A stretch of 64,000 nucleotides of DNA from Bacteroidales bacterium (GCA_017617125.1 JAFZWY010000051.1:16008-80007); one strand, 5' to 3'; shown: positions 29,101-38,163, numbered from the stretch's first letter. Notes: generated by a model from the sequence alone, not told the origin. Made by a program: numbers and translations.

Positions 29101-32100
29101 ATGAAGACAACCCTTTGTTTATCAACTTATTGCCATGGTGGCAATAATGAACATATACACTCTTATACTACCCGTTTCAGTGTCTTGAAAGCATTCGCAC
29201 TGGTGGTGGGGGTGATGATGGGATTGAGTAGTTTATTGAAAGGCGCGGAACAGACTATTACCTTAACATATAGTAGTTTTAGTTTGACAACATCGTATGC
29301 TGAAAAAACAGCGTCTGTTGATGGGTATGATTTTATTGTAAATCAAGGATATAAAGGTTCTAACGATGTTATACAAATGAATAGCAGCAAAGGAGAAGGT
29401 GTCCTGTATAATACAACAGCTATACCAGGATTAAAGTCTGTAACGGTAAATGTTTATTCTGGAAATAAAACATATACTATATATCAAGGAAATTCTCAAA
29501 AACCACTTAGTACAAGTGCTGGAACTGGTACTACTACTAGTACAATAAATATAACAGTAGGAAATCAATATTTTACATTAAAAGTCAGTGGTGCATCATA
29601 TTTTTCATCTGTTGTAATAACATATGAAACAGCACCCTCTATTCCTTACACAGTAACCTTTAATAATGGCACAGGCTTAGGCGTTTCTTCACTTACGGAA
29701 GCATCAGCAGGTGCAGGTGTAAACTTGCCTTCTCCAACACCCCCAGCAGGATGTGACCCTGAATATACTTTCTATGGTTGGGCAACATCTTCTGTGTCAG
29801 CAACGACAACAGCGCCTTATATAGTTGGTACTACTGGCAATATATATCATCCATCTGAGAATAATATTGAATTGTATGCGGTATATAAGCAGGGAAGTGA
29901 ATCGTATCAGTTAGTTGAAAATTTATCTACTGTTACTGCGGGAACATATTATCTTTTGACAACAGATTACCATGCTTTTAATGGAACAATAAGTAATGGG
30001 CATGGACAAGTAGCGTCTGAACAATTTTCCTTTTCTGGAGGTTATGCCTCATCAGTACCAAGTGGAGCCATAGAACTTACTTTAAGTGCGTCTGGGTCAG
30101 GTTTTAAAATGTACAATTCTGAATATGGATATTTATATGCAAGTGCAGCAAGTTCTGGTCATTTAGCGTGGCAAAATACGGAATCTAGTTATTGGTTATA
30201 TAATAGTAGTAATTGGAAGTATAATTCTAATAATGCTTATTTGCGTTCATATAGTAATAATAGTTTTAGAACATATGGAACTAATAATGGGGATGTTTTA
30301 AAAATGGCGAAGAAAGTAGGATTTGCAACCTACAACACTTCTCCTTCCTGCACTCCCCCTACCTGTCTTCCTCCTACCTCTCTTGCATCATCTAGCATAG
30401 GACAAAACACAGCAACAATAAGTTGGACTGCTGGTGATTCAGAAACAAACTGGGATTACTATTATTCTACTTCAAGTACTACACCTACACCAAGCGCAAC
30501 GCCATCGGGATCTGTAAGTACAAATCCTACAGCGGGACTTACTAGTCTTATTGCCAATACTACATATTATTGGTGGGTACGTGCAAATTGCGGCGGTGGC
30601 GATAATAGTGTATGGGTGTCGGGTGGCTCGTTCACAACACAGAATTATACACTCACAGCCCAATCTAGCGATGTTGCCTTGGGAACAGTTTCTGTTTCTG
30701 GTTTTGTAATCACAGCAAGTCTGGGTGAGTGTTCGCAATATGCAAGTCCTGCATATACAGTGAGCGGAACAGCAACGGTATCACAGAGCGGAGATGTTTT
30801 TACTATTACTCCCTTGAGCAATTGTACGGTAACAATAAACTTTGAATCAAAGCCGAAATATCATGTAACATGGTATGTCAATAATGAAAATATAAGATCT
30901 GATGAATATTGTACAGGATCTACTATTACTTCGGTTCCTTCTGATCCAACATCTGGCGATTGTAATGGGAAAACATTCGTTGGGTGGACTAAATATAGTA
31001 GTTATTCTAACGAAAATGATGCTCCAGACGATTTATTTACAGAACCGATAGGCACGATAACAGCAGATAAAACTTATTATGCAGTATTTGCAGAGGAGAC
31101 AGGGGGGGCGGCCGAAATTTATTCATTTGCAGGCGGAACAAAAGAAAATTTAGTGGAATCTGGTGCATCTGGTTATGGATTGGGAAGTAATTATGCGGAG
31201 AGCAATGCTCCTTATCTGGTAAAATTTGATACTGAAGGAGACTATATTACTATTCCATGCAGTTCTACTCCATCATCCTTAACTTTTGGAGTAAAAAAGC
31301 TAGGTGGTGCAGAAAGTTCAACAATAAAAATACAGGCATCTACTGATGGTGGTTCAAGTTATAGCGATGTGCAATCATTTGTAACAAGTGGCAGTCAAAA
31401 CGCAATTTTGTCGTTTACAACTACAAATGATTTTCCATCAGGAACCAGCGTAGTGAAAATATTATTTTTCAACAAAGGTAGTAATGTCGGAATAGGACCA
31501 ATAAGAATATATGGAATTCCATATTCTGCCTACACAACTTCCTGTACACCTCCAACTACTGCAACCCTAACATACTCTGCAAACGGCGGTAGTGGCAGTA
31601 TGGAATCTCAAACAGTTGATATAGGTGGCGACGTTGTGATTCTGGAAAATGGATTTACTCCACCTACAGGACATCATTTTGTTAAGTGGAATGCATCTGC
31701 CGATGGGTTAGGAACTTCGTATAACCCAGGTGATACATATAGCTCGTTAATGTCGAATGTCAGACTATATGCAATATGGGAAAAAGATTCATATAGTGTC
31801 GAATGGTATGTAAACGGAGAGGAAGTTCAAAATGCAACATACGAATACAATGCAACGATTCAAGAAGATGTTGTCCCCGAAAACCCGGCAATAACAGAAT
31901 GTGACGATTCCAAAGAGTTTATAGGTTGGACAACATCCGAAATCGCAACCTCACAAGATGAAAGGCCTACAATATTGTATTCTCACGATGCCCTCTCCGA
32001 ATTCCAAGTGACAGAACCCACTACATTTTATGCTGTGTTTGCTTCCATTAGCGCAGGTGTAGATAATAATTACGAATTGTATAGTGGTGCGTTAACGGAA

Positions 32101-35100
32101 GGCAAATATATAATTTACTATGATGGAAGAGCAATGAATACAACAGTAACATCAAATAGATTGATGTATGCCTCGATTACTCCTACTAACGATATAATTA
32201 CAACCACAAATGCCGCTATTATATGGCACATTGCTCCAAGTGGAGAATATTGGACTATATTTAATGATGCTGCTAATAAATACGCTGCGTCAACAGGTGA
32301 GTCAAATAAAGCACAAATGTTCGCTGATGGAACAGACAATAAGGCAAAATGGTTGGTTGTAGGGTCTTCAACATACGATTTTATAAATAGGTATAATACG
32401 ATAGCTAACGTAAATTCAAATCTGAGGAATAATGGCACATACGGATTTGCTTGCTATGCTGGTGGCACAGGCGGTCCTTTGTCGCTGTATAAATATTATA
32501 CTCATACAGGATATGTAACAACATGTACTCCTCCAGAGTGTAGGATGCCTGTGTCGCTTAGTGTGGATAATATTACGACAACGTCAGCAACATTAAGTTG
32601 GACTGCACGAAGCGCTGAGTCGCAGTGGGATTACTATTATTCAACTTCAAGTATAGCCCCGACTACGCCAACAGGAACAGCAAACGAGAATCCGTTTGAA
32701 ATCACTGGTTTATCCGAAAATACTGTGTATTACTGGTGGGTAAGGGCAAAATGTAGTGGAAGTGACCGTAGCGAATGGGCGTATGGAGGTTCGTTTATAA
32801 CCATAAGCAGTGCAAATGCAACAACTCTTGAGCCTGGTGATTTGGCAATAGTGGCAATAAATAATAAATTGTATAGTGAAACTGGAAATTCTGCTGACGA
32901 ATATAGTTTTATGATTTTCAAGGATATTTCTGCAGGAACTGCAATAGATATGACAGATAATGGTTACGAAAAGAAGTATCAAGGATATTGGGGAACAGGA
33001 GAAGGTTTCTGGAGAATTACAAGAAAAAATTCATCCATACGGGCAGGTAGTGTTATAACAATTAGCGAAACTCGAGGTAGAATAGGTATGGGAGTGGATC
33101 CGGTATTACACGGAGGAAGTCCTAATATTTATATATATGTAAATGGAAGCCAAGATAATGATAATTGGGATATTGTTACATTCGGGCCTCTAGACCTAAA
33201 TGAGCAAGACCAAATTTGGATTATGCAGGGTGGTTCTTGGGTTGTTTGCAATGATAACAAGGCTGAATATACAGGCAATATTCTATACGGATATACAGCT
33301 ACAGGATGGAAAGATAGATACGGGTACAATACCACTCACGGTTCTACAATTTACCCGGGCTGCGAGTGCTTTGTATCAACACTTAATATTGCTTCTGGTA
33401 TTGCAAAATACATGGGACCATTTACAGAAGTAACTAAACGAGAGTGGATAATGAGAATTAATGAAGAGGATAATTGGGAGGCATGTACTACAACTAATTA
33501 TGCTTCTTATGGTCCTAACTATAAGGACAGGGCTGGCGGTCCACAAGCAGGCGCTTCGTATGAATTACCGATAGCACCTGGCGATTTCTCCCAAGGTAAG
33601 TGGAGTGGAAAGAAAGAAGGTGGAAACTGGTTCGATTGCGCAAATTGGATGTCGCTTGTAGTGCCCGACGAAACTGTGGATGTGGAAATTCCAAGCATCG
33701 AAGTCGGATGCAGTGAAGTCCAAATATATACTGGCGACACAGCAAAATGTAAGACACTGACAATAAGCAGTTCGGGAGTATTTGGAAATACACAAAACAA
33801 TTCTACACTGAAAGTCGTGGATGACATAACAATAAATGCTGGCGGAATTTTCCGTCCATTAGAAGGAAACGATTTTGAAATCATTCTTGGTGGCGACATA
33901 ACAAATAGCGGTACTTTCATAACAAATCAAAATACTTCGCTCACTCTTACAAGTTCATCATCGCAGAGCATATCGGCACCAAGTAGCGGAGGAAACCTTA
34001 AACTCCGAAACCTTACTCTTGCAGCAGAAGAAAATATTTTCGATGCCGAAACTATTGATTTGTACGGCAATCTGAGAGATAATTCAGCTTCAAATCAGGG
34101 ATTTTATCTCCCACAAGCGTTGACGTTTAAGGGTGATAACAGCCAAGCATCGACAAAAACTGCAATTACCAACATTACCATGGACAAGACTTCCAACAAC
34201 TTGACTCTTTCGGGAATGCTTACTGTAAATGGAAATGCAGAATTTGTAAAAGGCAATATCATAGGTAATGTAACGTTTGCTGCCACCGCTACATCTTCGG
34301 GTGCTACCATCAACAGCTACGTCGATGGTACTGTAACCAAAAAGGCTAACGCTTCGGCGTTCATTTTCCCCACTGGTAGCAATGGTGTGCTGGGTGCACT
34401 TGAGGTTGCTGGACTTGCCGCCAATACCGACCTAAGGTTCAATCATGATCCCGACGGTTTCTCGTCTTCCGAAATGCCAGTTTGGTGGAATCAGAACAAT
34501 ATGTGCGGACCAAACGAAGGCAATGCAAAGTTCGACCATGTAAGCAACATGTATTTCTGGAATCTCGGTTCGTCATCGCCAATGGAGGATGCTGTTTTTA
34601 CGGTTACGGCAGACGATGACATACATTTTAACGTTGCGACTGTCGAGCACGAAGAACCTGACATTGCCATGGCCATTTACGACGGCTGCTGGAAAAACCT
34701 TGGCGGAACTGCATCGACAAACGCTACTTCGTATACCTACATTTCGATAAGCGATGTAGACTTGCCAGCGACGCGCGCTGGTGGTGACAAGGTTGTAACC
34801 TTCGGTTCCATAGACCACAATACGCTTCTGCCAATCGAACTGGCGGCTTTCTCTGCCGAGTGCAATGGAAACTATGCAAAGATTTCGTGGACAACAGCCA
34901 CAGAACGCAACAACGACTACTTTGTGCTCGAACGTTCCGGCGATGCAATCAATTTCGGCGAGGTTGCCCGTATGGCAGGTGCAGGAAATTCTATTAATCC
35001 TGTCGACTATACATATAATGATTATAGTGTTCGTGGTGGCGACAGCTACTATCGCCTAGTGCAGGTCGACTACGACGGTACGCGCACAGTATCGGAAATG

Positions 35101-35385
35101 ATTGCTGTAAACTGCACAATTGATGCAGAAGGCGCTCCCGAAGTGGTTGCCTACCCAAATCCGTTTGGATGTGACCTTACTTTGCGCTTCGAGAATTTCG
35201 GCAATATGCCTGCTTCGGTAGAGGTTTACGATATGCTAGGCCGATTGGTAATGACCACCGAAGTACAATGCACTCAAAACGAGCACGAGGTTGTTCTTCA
35301 CCTTGAAAGTCTGTCCGATGCAACCTATAATGTCAGGGTTAGCACGGCAGAATTTGTGATAAATAGGAAAGTTGTAAAGGAATAG
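29101..35385 (+). CDS. giant T9SS-secreted cell-surface/adhesin-like protein (2,094 aa)
   Basis: Uninterrupted 6.3-kb ORF. It has a long N-terminal leader with a hydrophobic core, Listeria/Bacteroides-type repeats (..YTFYGWATS.., ..FVGWTK.., ..HHFVKWNASADGLGTSYNPGDTY...LYAIWE) and two Cys-linker plus FN3-like domains (..ATISWTAG..TYYWWVRANC..). A beta-helix-like region follows, and the C-terminal YPNPFGCDLTLRF...VYDMLGRLV...ATYNVRVST fits a T9SS CTD. Confidence 0.9.
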   Translation: MKTTLCLSTYCHGGNNEHIHSYTTRFSVLKAFALVVGVMMGLSSLLKGAEQTITLTYSSFSLTTSYAEKTASVDGYDFIVNQGYKGSNDVIQMNSSKGEGVLYNTTAIPGLKSVTVNVYSGNKTYTIYQGNSQKPLSTSAGTGTTTSTINITVGNQYFTLKVSGASYFSSVVITYETAPSIPYTVTFNNGTGLGVSSLTEASAGAGVNLPSPTPPAGCDPEYTFYGWATSSVSATTTAPYIVGTTGNIYHPSENNIELYAVYKQGSESYQLVENLSTVTAGTYYLLTTDYHAFNGTISNGHGQVASEQFSFSGGYASSVPSGAIELTLSASGSGFKMYNSEYGYLYASAASSGHLAWQNTESSYWLYNSSNWKYNSNNAYLRSYSNNSFRTYGTNNGDVLKMAKKVGFATYNTSPSCTPPTCLPPTSLASSSIGQNTATISWTAGDSETNWDYYYSTSSTTPTPSATPSGSVSTNPTAGLTSLIANTTYYWWVRANCGGGDNSVWVSGGSFTTQNYTLTAQSSDVALGTVSVSGFVITASLGECSQYASPAYTVSGTATVSQSGDVFTITPLSNCTVTINFESKPKYHVTWYVNNENIRSDEYCTGSTITSVPSDPTSGDCNGKTFVGWTKYSSYSNENDAPDDLFTEPIGTITADKTYYAVFAEETGGAAEIYSFAGGTKENLVESGASGYGLGSNYAESNAPYLVKFDTEGDYITIPCSSTPSSLTFGVKKLGGAESSTIKIQASTDGGSSYSDVQSFVTSGSQNAILSFTTTNDFPSGTSVVKILFFNKGSNVGIGPIRIYGIPYSAYTTSCTPPTTATLTYSANGGSGSMESQTVDIGGDVVILENGFTPPTGHHFVKWNASADGLGTSYNPGDTYSSLMSNVRLYAIWEKDSYSVEWYVNGEEVQNATYEYNATIQEDVVPENPAITECDDSKEFIGWTTSEIATSQDERPTILYSHDALSEFQVTEPTTFYAVFASISAGVDNNYELYSGALTEGKYIIYYDGRAMNTTVTSNRLMYASITPTNDIITTTNAAIIWHIAPSGEYWTIFNDAANKYAASTGESNKAQMFADGTDNKAKWLVVGSSTYDFINRYNTIANVNSNLRNNGTYGFACYAGGTGGPLSLYKYYTHTGYVTTCTPPECRMPVSLSVDNITTTSATLSWTARSAESQWDYYYSTSSIAPTTPTGTANENPFEITGLSENTVYYWWVRAKCSGSDRSEWAYGGSFITISSANATTLEPGDLAIVAINNKLYSETGNSADEYSFMIFKDISAGTAIDMTDNGYEKKYQGYWGTGEGFWRITRKNSSIRAGSVITISETRGRIGMGVDPVLHGGSPNIYIYVNGSQDNDNWDIVTFGPLDLNEQDQIWIMQGGSWVVCNDNKAEYTGNILYGYTATGWKDRYGYNTTHGSTIYPGCECFVSTLNIASGIAKYMGPFTEVTKREWIMRINEEDNWEACTTTNYASYGPNYKDRAGGPQAGASYELPIAPGDFSQGKWSGKKEGGNWFDCANWMSLVVPDETVDVEIPSIEVGCSEVQIYTGDTAKCKTLTISSSGVFGNTQNNSTLKVVDDITINAGGIFRPLEGNDFEIILGGDITNSGTFITNQNTSLTLTSSSSQSISAPSSGGNLKLRNLTLAAEENIFDAETIDLYGNLRDNSASNQGFYLPQALTFKGDNSQASTKTAITNITMDKTSNNLTLSGMLTVNGNAEFVKGNIIGNVTFAATATSSGATINSYVDGTVTKKANASAFIFPTGSNGVLGALEVAGLAANTDLRFNHDPDGFSSSEMPVWWNQNNMCGPNEGNAKFDHVSNMYFWNLGSSSPMEDAVFTVTADDDIHFNVATVEHEEPDIAMAIYDGCWKNLGGTASTNATSYTYISISDVDLPATRAGGDKVVTFGSIDHNTLLPIELAAFSAECNGNYAKISWTTATERNNDYFVLERSGDAINFGEVARMAGAGNSINPVDYTYNDYSVRGGDSYYRLVQVDYDGTRTVSEMIAVNCTIDAEGAPEVVAYPNPFGCDLTLRFENFGNMPASVEVYDMLGRLVMTTEVQCTQNEHEVVLHLESLSDATYNVRVSTAEFVINRKVVKE

Positions 35386-35396
35386 AGAACATTCGT

Positions 35397-36836
35397 TTAT
35401 CTTATCCTTGTCACGCCTGCATAGTTTATGTGTGGGTGTTTTTCGAGGTATTTGAATAATATCTCGCTTGAGTGCTGGAATTCTTTTCCTTTGTATCTTT
35501 GCTCGAATCCGTAAACGCTTGCAATATAACTATTTATGGCTATGTTGTATTTTGCTTTTAGGTCAAGTGGCTTGCCGTTGTCGAGCAATAATTCTATGCT
35601 TTCGATTTCTTCGTATTCGTTGCGGTGCAATATGCAGGTGCAACCCGAGCAAAGCATTGGAAAATCTTCGGTTTTATAGCATGCCATTTCGAGCATATCC
35701 ATTATTTCCTGTCCGCTTACCTTATATTTCATTATAATGTTGTCGAAAGGGTCCAATGTGTATATATCCTTTGCTGTGATTTCTCCTGCCTGAAGTTTGC
35801 CAAGCCGTACACCTCCAGGATTCTGGAATGCAAGGTCAGACTTTGTAGCATCGCGGATAACGTCGGCCATGAAGCAGCCAAGCGGTTCTTTGCTGTCGAT
35901 GTCTGCGTCGTTATTCCCAACTACCTTGCTGAAAATATCGAGACTGCCGAACTCGTCAACCATCTTCTGTATCCTTTCATCCTTCTTGGCAAAGTCCTTT
36001 ACCGAGAACACCTGTTGCGCCTTGTAGTCGATTTTACCGTTTGTGAAGTAGAATACACTCACAGTCAGGTAGTTCAGTTTCTTGCCCGACTGGGTTATCA
36101 TTGTGTTGCCGATTAGTTTTGTGCGCTCTATTTTCTTGTGCGAATGCCCGCCGAAAATAGCATCAAACTGTGGAAACTTTTTGGCAATCTCAATGTCGGC
36201 TTCGAGGCCGCAGTGCGAAATAAGGAAAAGCATGTCGCACTCCTTGCGCAGAAACATATATTCGGACAAAACTTCTTCTATCGGTTTGAACGATACACCT
36301 TTTGCACAATTAGGATGGAAATCGGGTATGCCATTTTCTCCCACTTGTATTCCGCCGACAAATCCTATTTTCAGACCTTTGTAGTCGATAATCTTGTATG
36401 GCTTAACGTTGATGCTGTCGTCGAAGTAGGCATTTGCGCACACATAGTCGAAATCGGACCAGCCAATCACATCTCGAAGTCCTTCCACTCCAATGTCAAA
36501 CTCATGGTTTCCAAGGGCAGACAGGTCGAAATGCACCTCGTTCATTAGTTTCGTTATAGGGTAGGATGGCTTGGGATAGCGGTCGTTCACGGGATGACCG
36601 GTACGATTGTCGCCTGCCGAAATAAGCAGTATGTCGGGATATTGTTTGCGCAGGGTGTCGAGTAGGGCGGCAAATTGTGGAAAATTGTCGATGTTGCCGT
36701 GCATGTCGTTCACTGAAACTACATACAGCACCTTTTCGTCGGTCTGCTGTGCATTTGCGCTATGAGCAAATAGTAGCAGGATGGCAAATGCCATTGCCAA
36801 CATTGTGGTTTCTATGTGTCGTATTGTACGGGACAT
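35397..36836 (-). CDS. bifunctional metallophosphatase / 5'-nucleotidase (UshA-like, 479 aa)
   Basis: Calcineurin-like motifs VNDMHGN, GDN, GNHEFD and GGHSH, plus a C-terminal 5'-nucleotidase domain. Start at MSRTIRH (36836), because a -7 box at 36844..36851 lies inside the longer ORF. Confidence 0.88.
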   Translation of the reverse strand: MSRTIRHIETTMLAMAFAILLLFAHSANAQQTDEKVLYVVSVNDMHGNIDNFPQFAALLDTLRKQYPDILLISAGDNRTGHPVNDRYPKPSYPITKLMNEVHFDLSALGNHEFDIGVEGLRDVIGWSDFDYVCANAYFDDSINVKPYKIIDYKGLKIGFVGGIQVGENGIPDFHPNCAKGVSFKPIEEVLSEYMFLRKECDMLFLISHCGLEADIEIAKKFPQFDAIFGGHSHKKIERTKLIGNTMITQSGKKLNYLTVSVFYFTNGKIDYKAQQVFSVKDFAKKDERIQKMVDEFGSLDIFSKVVGNNDADIDSKEPLGCFMADVIRDATKSDLAFQNPGGVRLGKLQAGEITAKDIYTLDPFDNIIMKYKVSGQEIMDMLEMACYKTEDFPMLCSGCTCILHRNEYEEIESIELLLDNGKPLDLKAKYNIAINSYIASVYGFEQRYKGKEFQHSSEILFKYLEKHPHINYAGVTRIR

Positions 36837-36843
36837 ACGTTTG

Positions 36844-36851
36844 CAAACATA
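36844..36851 (-). promoter_or_regulatory. -7 promoter box (TATGTTTG on the minus strand) for the 5'-nucleotidase gene
   Basis: Plus strand reads caaacata, 7 nt from the ATG at 36836. Confidence 0.5.
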
Positions 36852-36955
36852 CAAAAAAATAAATTAGCATTCGCTAAAAAAACGGGGTTTGTCATCCGGA
36901 ACATATTCCTTAATAACAAAAGTGTTTTATTGTGCTATATTTTAGGAGACAAAAA

Positions 36956-36987
36956 ATATACATTTATGTATTATACATTTGTGTATA
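36956..36987 (+). repeat. 32-bp direct repeat, left copy, flanking the ATPase gene
   Basis: ATATACATTTATGTATTATACATTTGTGTATA matches the right copy at 28 of 32 positions. It contains ATACAT/ATGTAT palindromic half-sites. Confidence 0.85.
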
Positions 36988-36992
36988 ATTTA

Positions 36993-37000
36993 TATCTTTG
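36993..37000 (+). promoter_or_regulatory. -7 promoter box TATCTTTG for the ATPase gene
   Basis: Perfect TAnnTTTG, 21 nt before the ATG at 37022 and immediately after the left direct repeat. Confidence 0.6.
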
Positions 37001-37021
37001 CATCGAAAAATATATTTGATT

Positions 37022-38158
37022 ATGGAAGTGCCTTTTAAGTTCGGTAAGCTTGCCGAGAACGATAATTTTGTTGATAGGGTCGAAGATAGAAGAAAATTGA
37101 AGCAGCTTTTGTCGTCGGGGATAAACGTTATGCTTGTATCGCCTCGTAGGTGGGGGAAATCGTCGCTAGTTTTGATGGCTACTCGAGAGTTGATGACCGA
37201 GGATAAGAGAGTGCGAGTTTGCTATATAGATGCAATGGGAATTCATACCGAAGCAGAATTTTATAGGGTGTTTGCACGCGAAGTTATTTCATGTACCTCG
37301 TCAGTACTTGAAAAAAGACTTGATTATGTAAGGCGTTTTTTAAGAAATATAAAGCCTGGGATTACATTGTCGTCAAATTCTTCTGAAGCAATGACGTTTG
37401 ACCTTAAGTTTGACATTGACGATGTTGATGAATATGAGATTCTTAACCTTCCACAGAAGATAGCTTCTGAAAAAGGTTTGAAAATCATCGTTTGCATTGA
37501 TGAATTCCAGCAATTGGCACAGATTCCGCAATATAAGTCGTTTGAAGGCAAAATGCGCTCAGCATGGCAGTCGCAGCAAAATGTTTCATATTGCCTATAT
37601 GGCAGTAAACGTCACATGATGCTTGATATTTTTAACAATTCAACCAATCCGTTTTATAGGTTTGGACAGATTTTTTTCCTAAAGAAAATTCCTGTAAACG
37701 AATGGATGCCATTTATAATGAACAAATTCAAAATTACTGGTAAAAAAATATCCAAGGAAAATTCCTCAAAAATATGTGAAACCGTCAGATGTCTGTCATG
37801 GTATGTGCAGCAGTATTGCTATTTTGTGTGGTCGAATACTAGTCGTGAGGTTACAAGCGATATCCTCGATTTGGCACTTTCGCAGATGATAGAAATGAAT
37901 ACCCCTATGTATGAGAATGATACAGAAAATCTTACATCTGCTCAATTTGCTATGCTCAAGGCTGTTGCAAATGGCGAGTATAAGTTGAATTCTGCATCTG
38001 TGGTAAAAAAATATGATTTGGGCAATGCACAGACTATCACGCGAAACAAAAAGATTTTACAAGAAATGGATTTCTTTGAGAAAGTAGAAGGCGTCGAAAA
38101 GTATGAATTTTGCGACCCAGTGTTCGAGATTTGGTTCAGAGAAAAGTATATGAAATAA
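37022..38158 (+). CDS. orphan AAA-type ATPase (archaeal-ATPase / ATPase_2-like, 378 aa)
   Basis: Walker A in VSPRRWGKSSLV and Walker B in IIVCIDEFQQLAQ. The N-terminal F.DR..(E/D)...L pattern is typical of the PF01637-like family. The C-terminal third is uncharacterised. The gene is AT-rich. Confidence 0.75.
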   Translation: MEVPFKFGKLAENDNFVDRVEDRRKLKQLLSSGINVMLVSPRRWGKSSLVLMATRELMTEDKRVRVCYIDAMGIHTEAEFYRVFAREVISCTSSVLEKRLDYVRRFLRNIKPGITLSSNSSEAMTFDLKFDIDDVDEYEILNLPQKIASEKGLKIIVCIDEFQQLAQIPQYKSFEGKMRSAWQSQQNVSYCLYGSKRHMMLDIFNNSTNPFYRFGQIFFLKKIPVNEWMPFIMNKFKITGKKISKENSSKICETVRCLSWYVQQYCYFVWSNTSREVTSDILDLALSQMIEMNTPMYENDTENLTSAQFAMLKAVANGEYKLNSASVVKKYDLGNAQTITRNKKILQEMDFFEKVEGVEKYEFCDPVFEIWFREKYMK

Positions 38159-38163
38159 AGTGA

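Noticed and set aside
30341-30395. A roughly 50-nt polypyrimidine-rich tract (cttctccttcctgcactccccctacctgtcttcctcctacctctcttgc) that could form H-DNA
   Set aside because: It is fully explained by coding a Ser/Pro/Thr/Cys linker (SPSCTPPTCLPPTSLA). It is interrupted by several purines, and the equivalent linker in the second copy (32521..32560) is not pyrimidine-pure.
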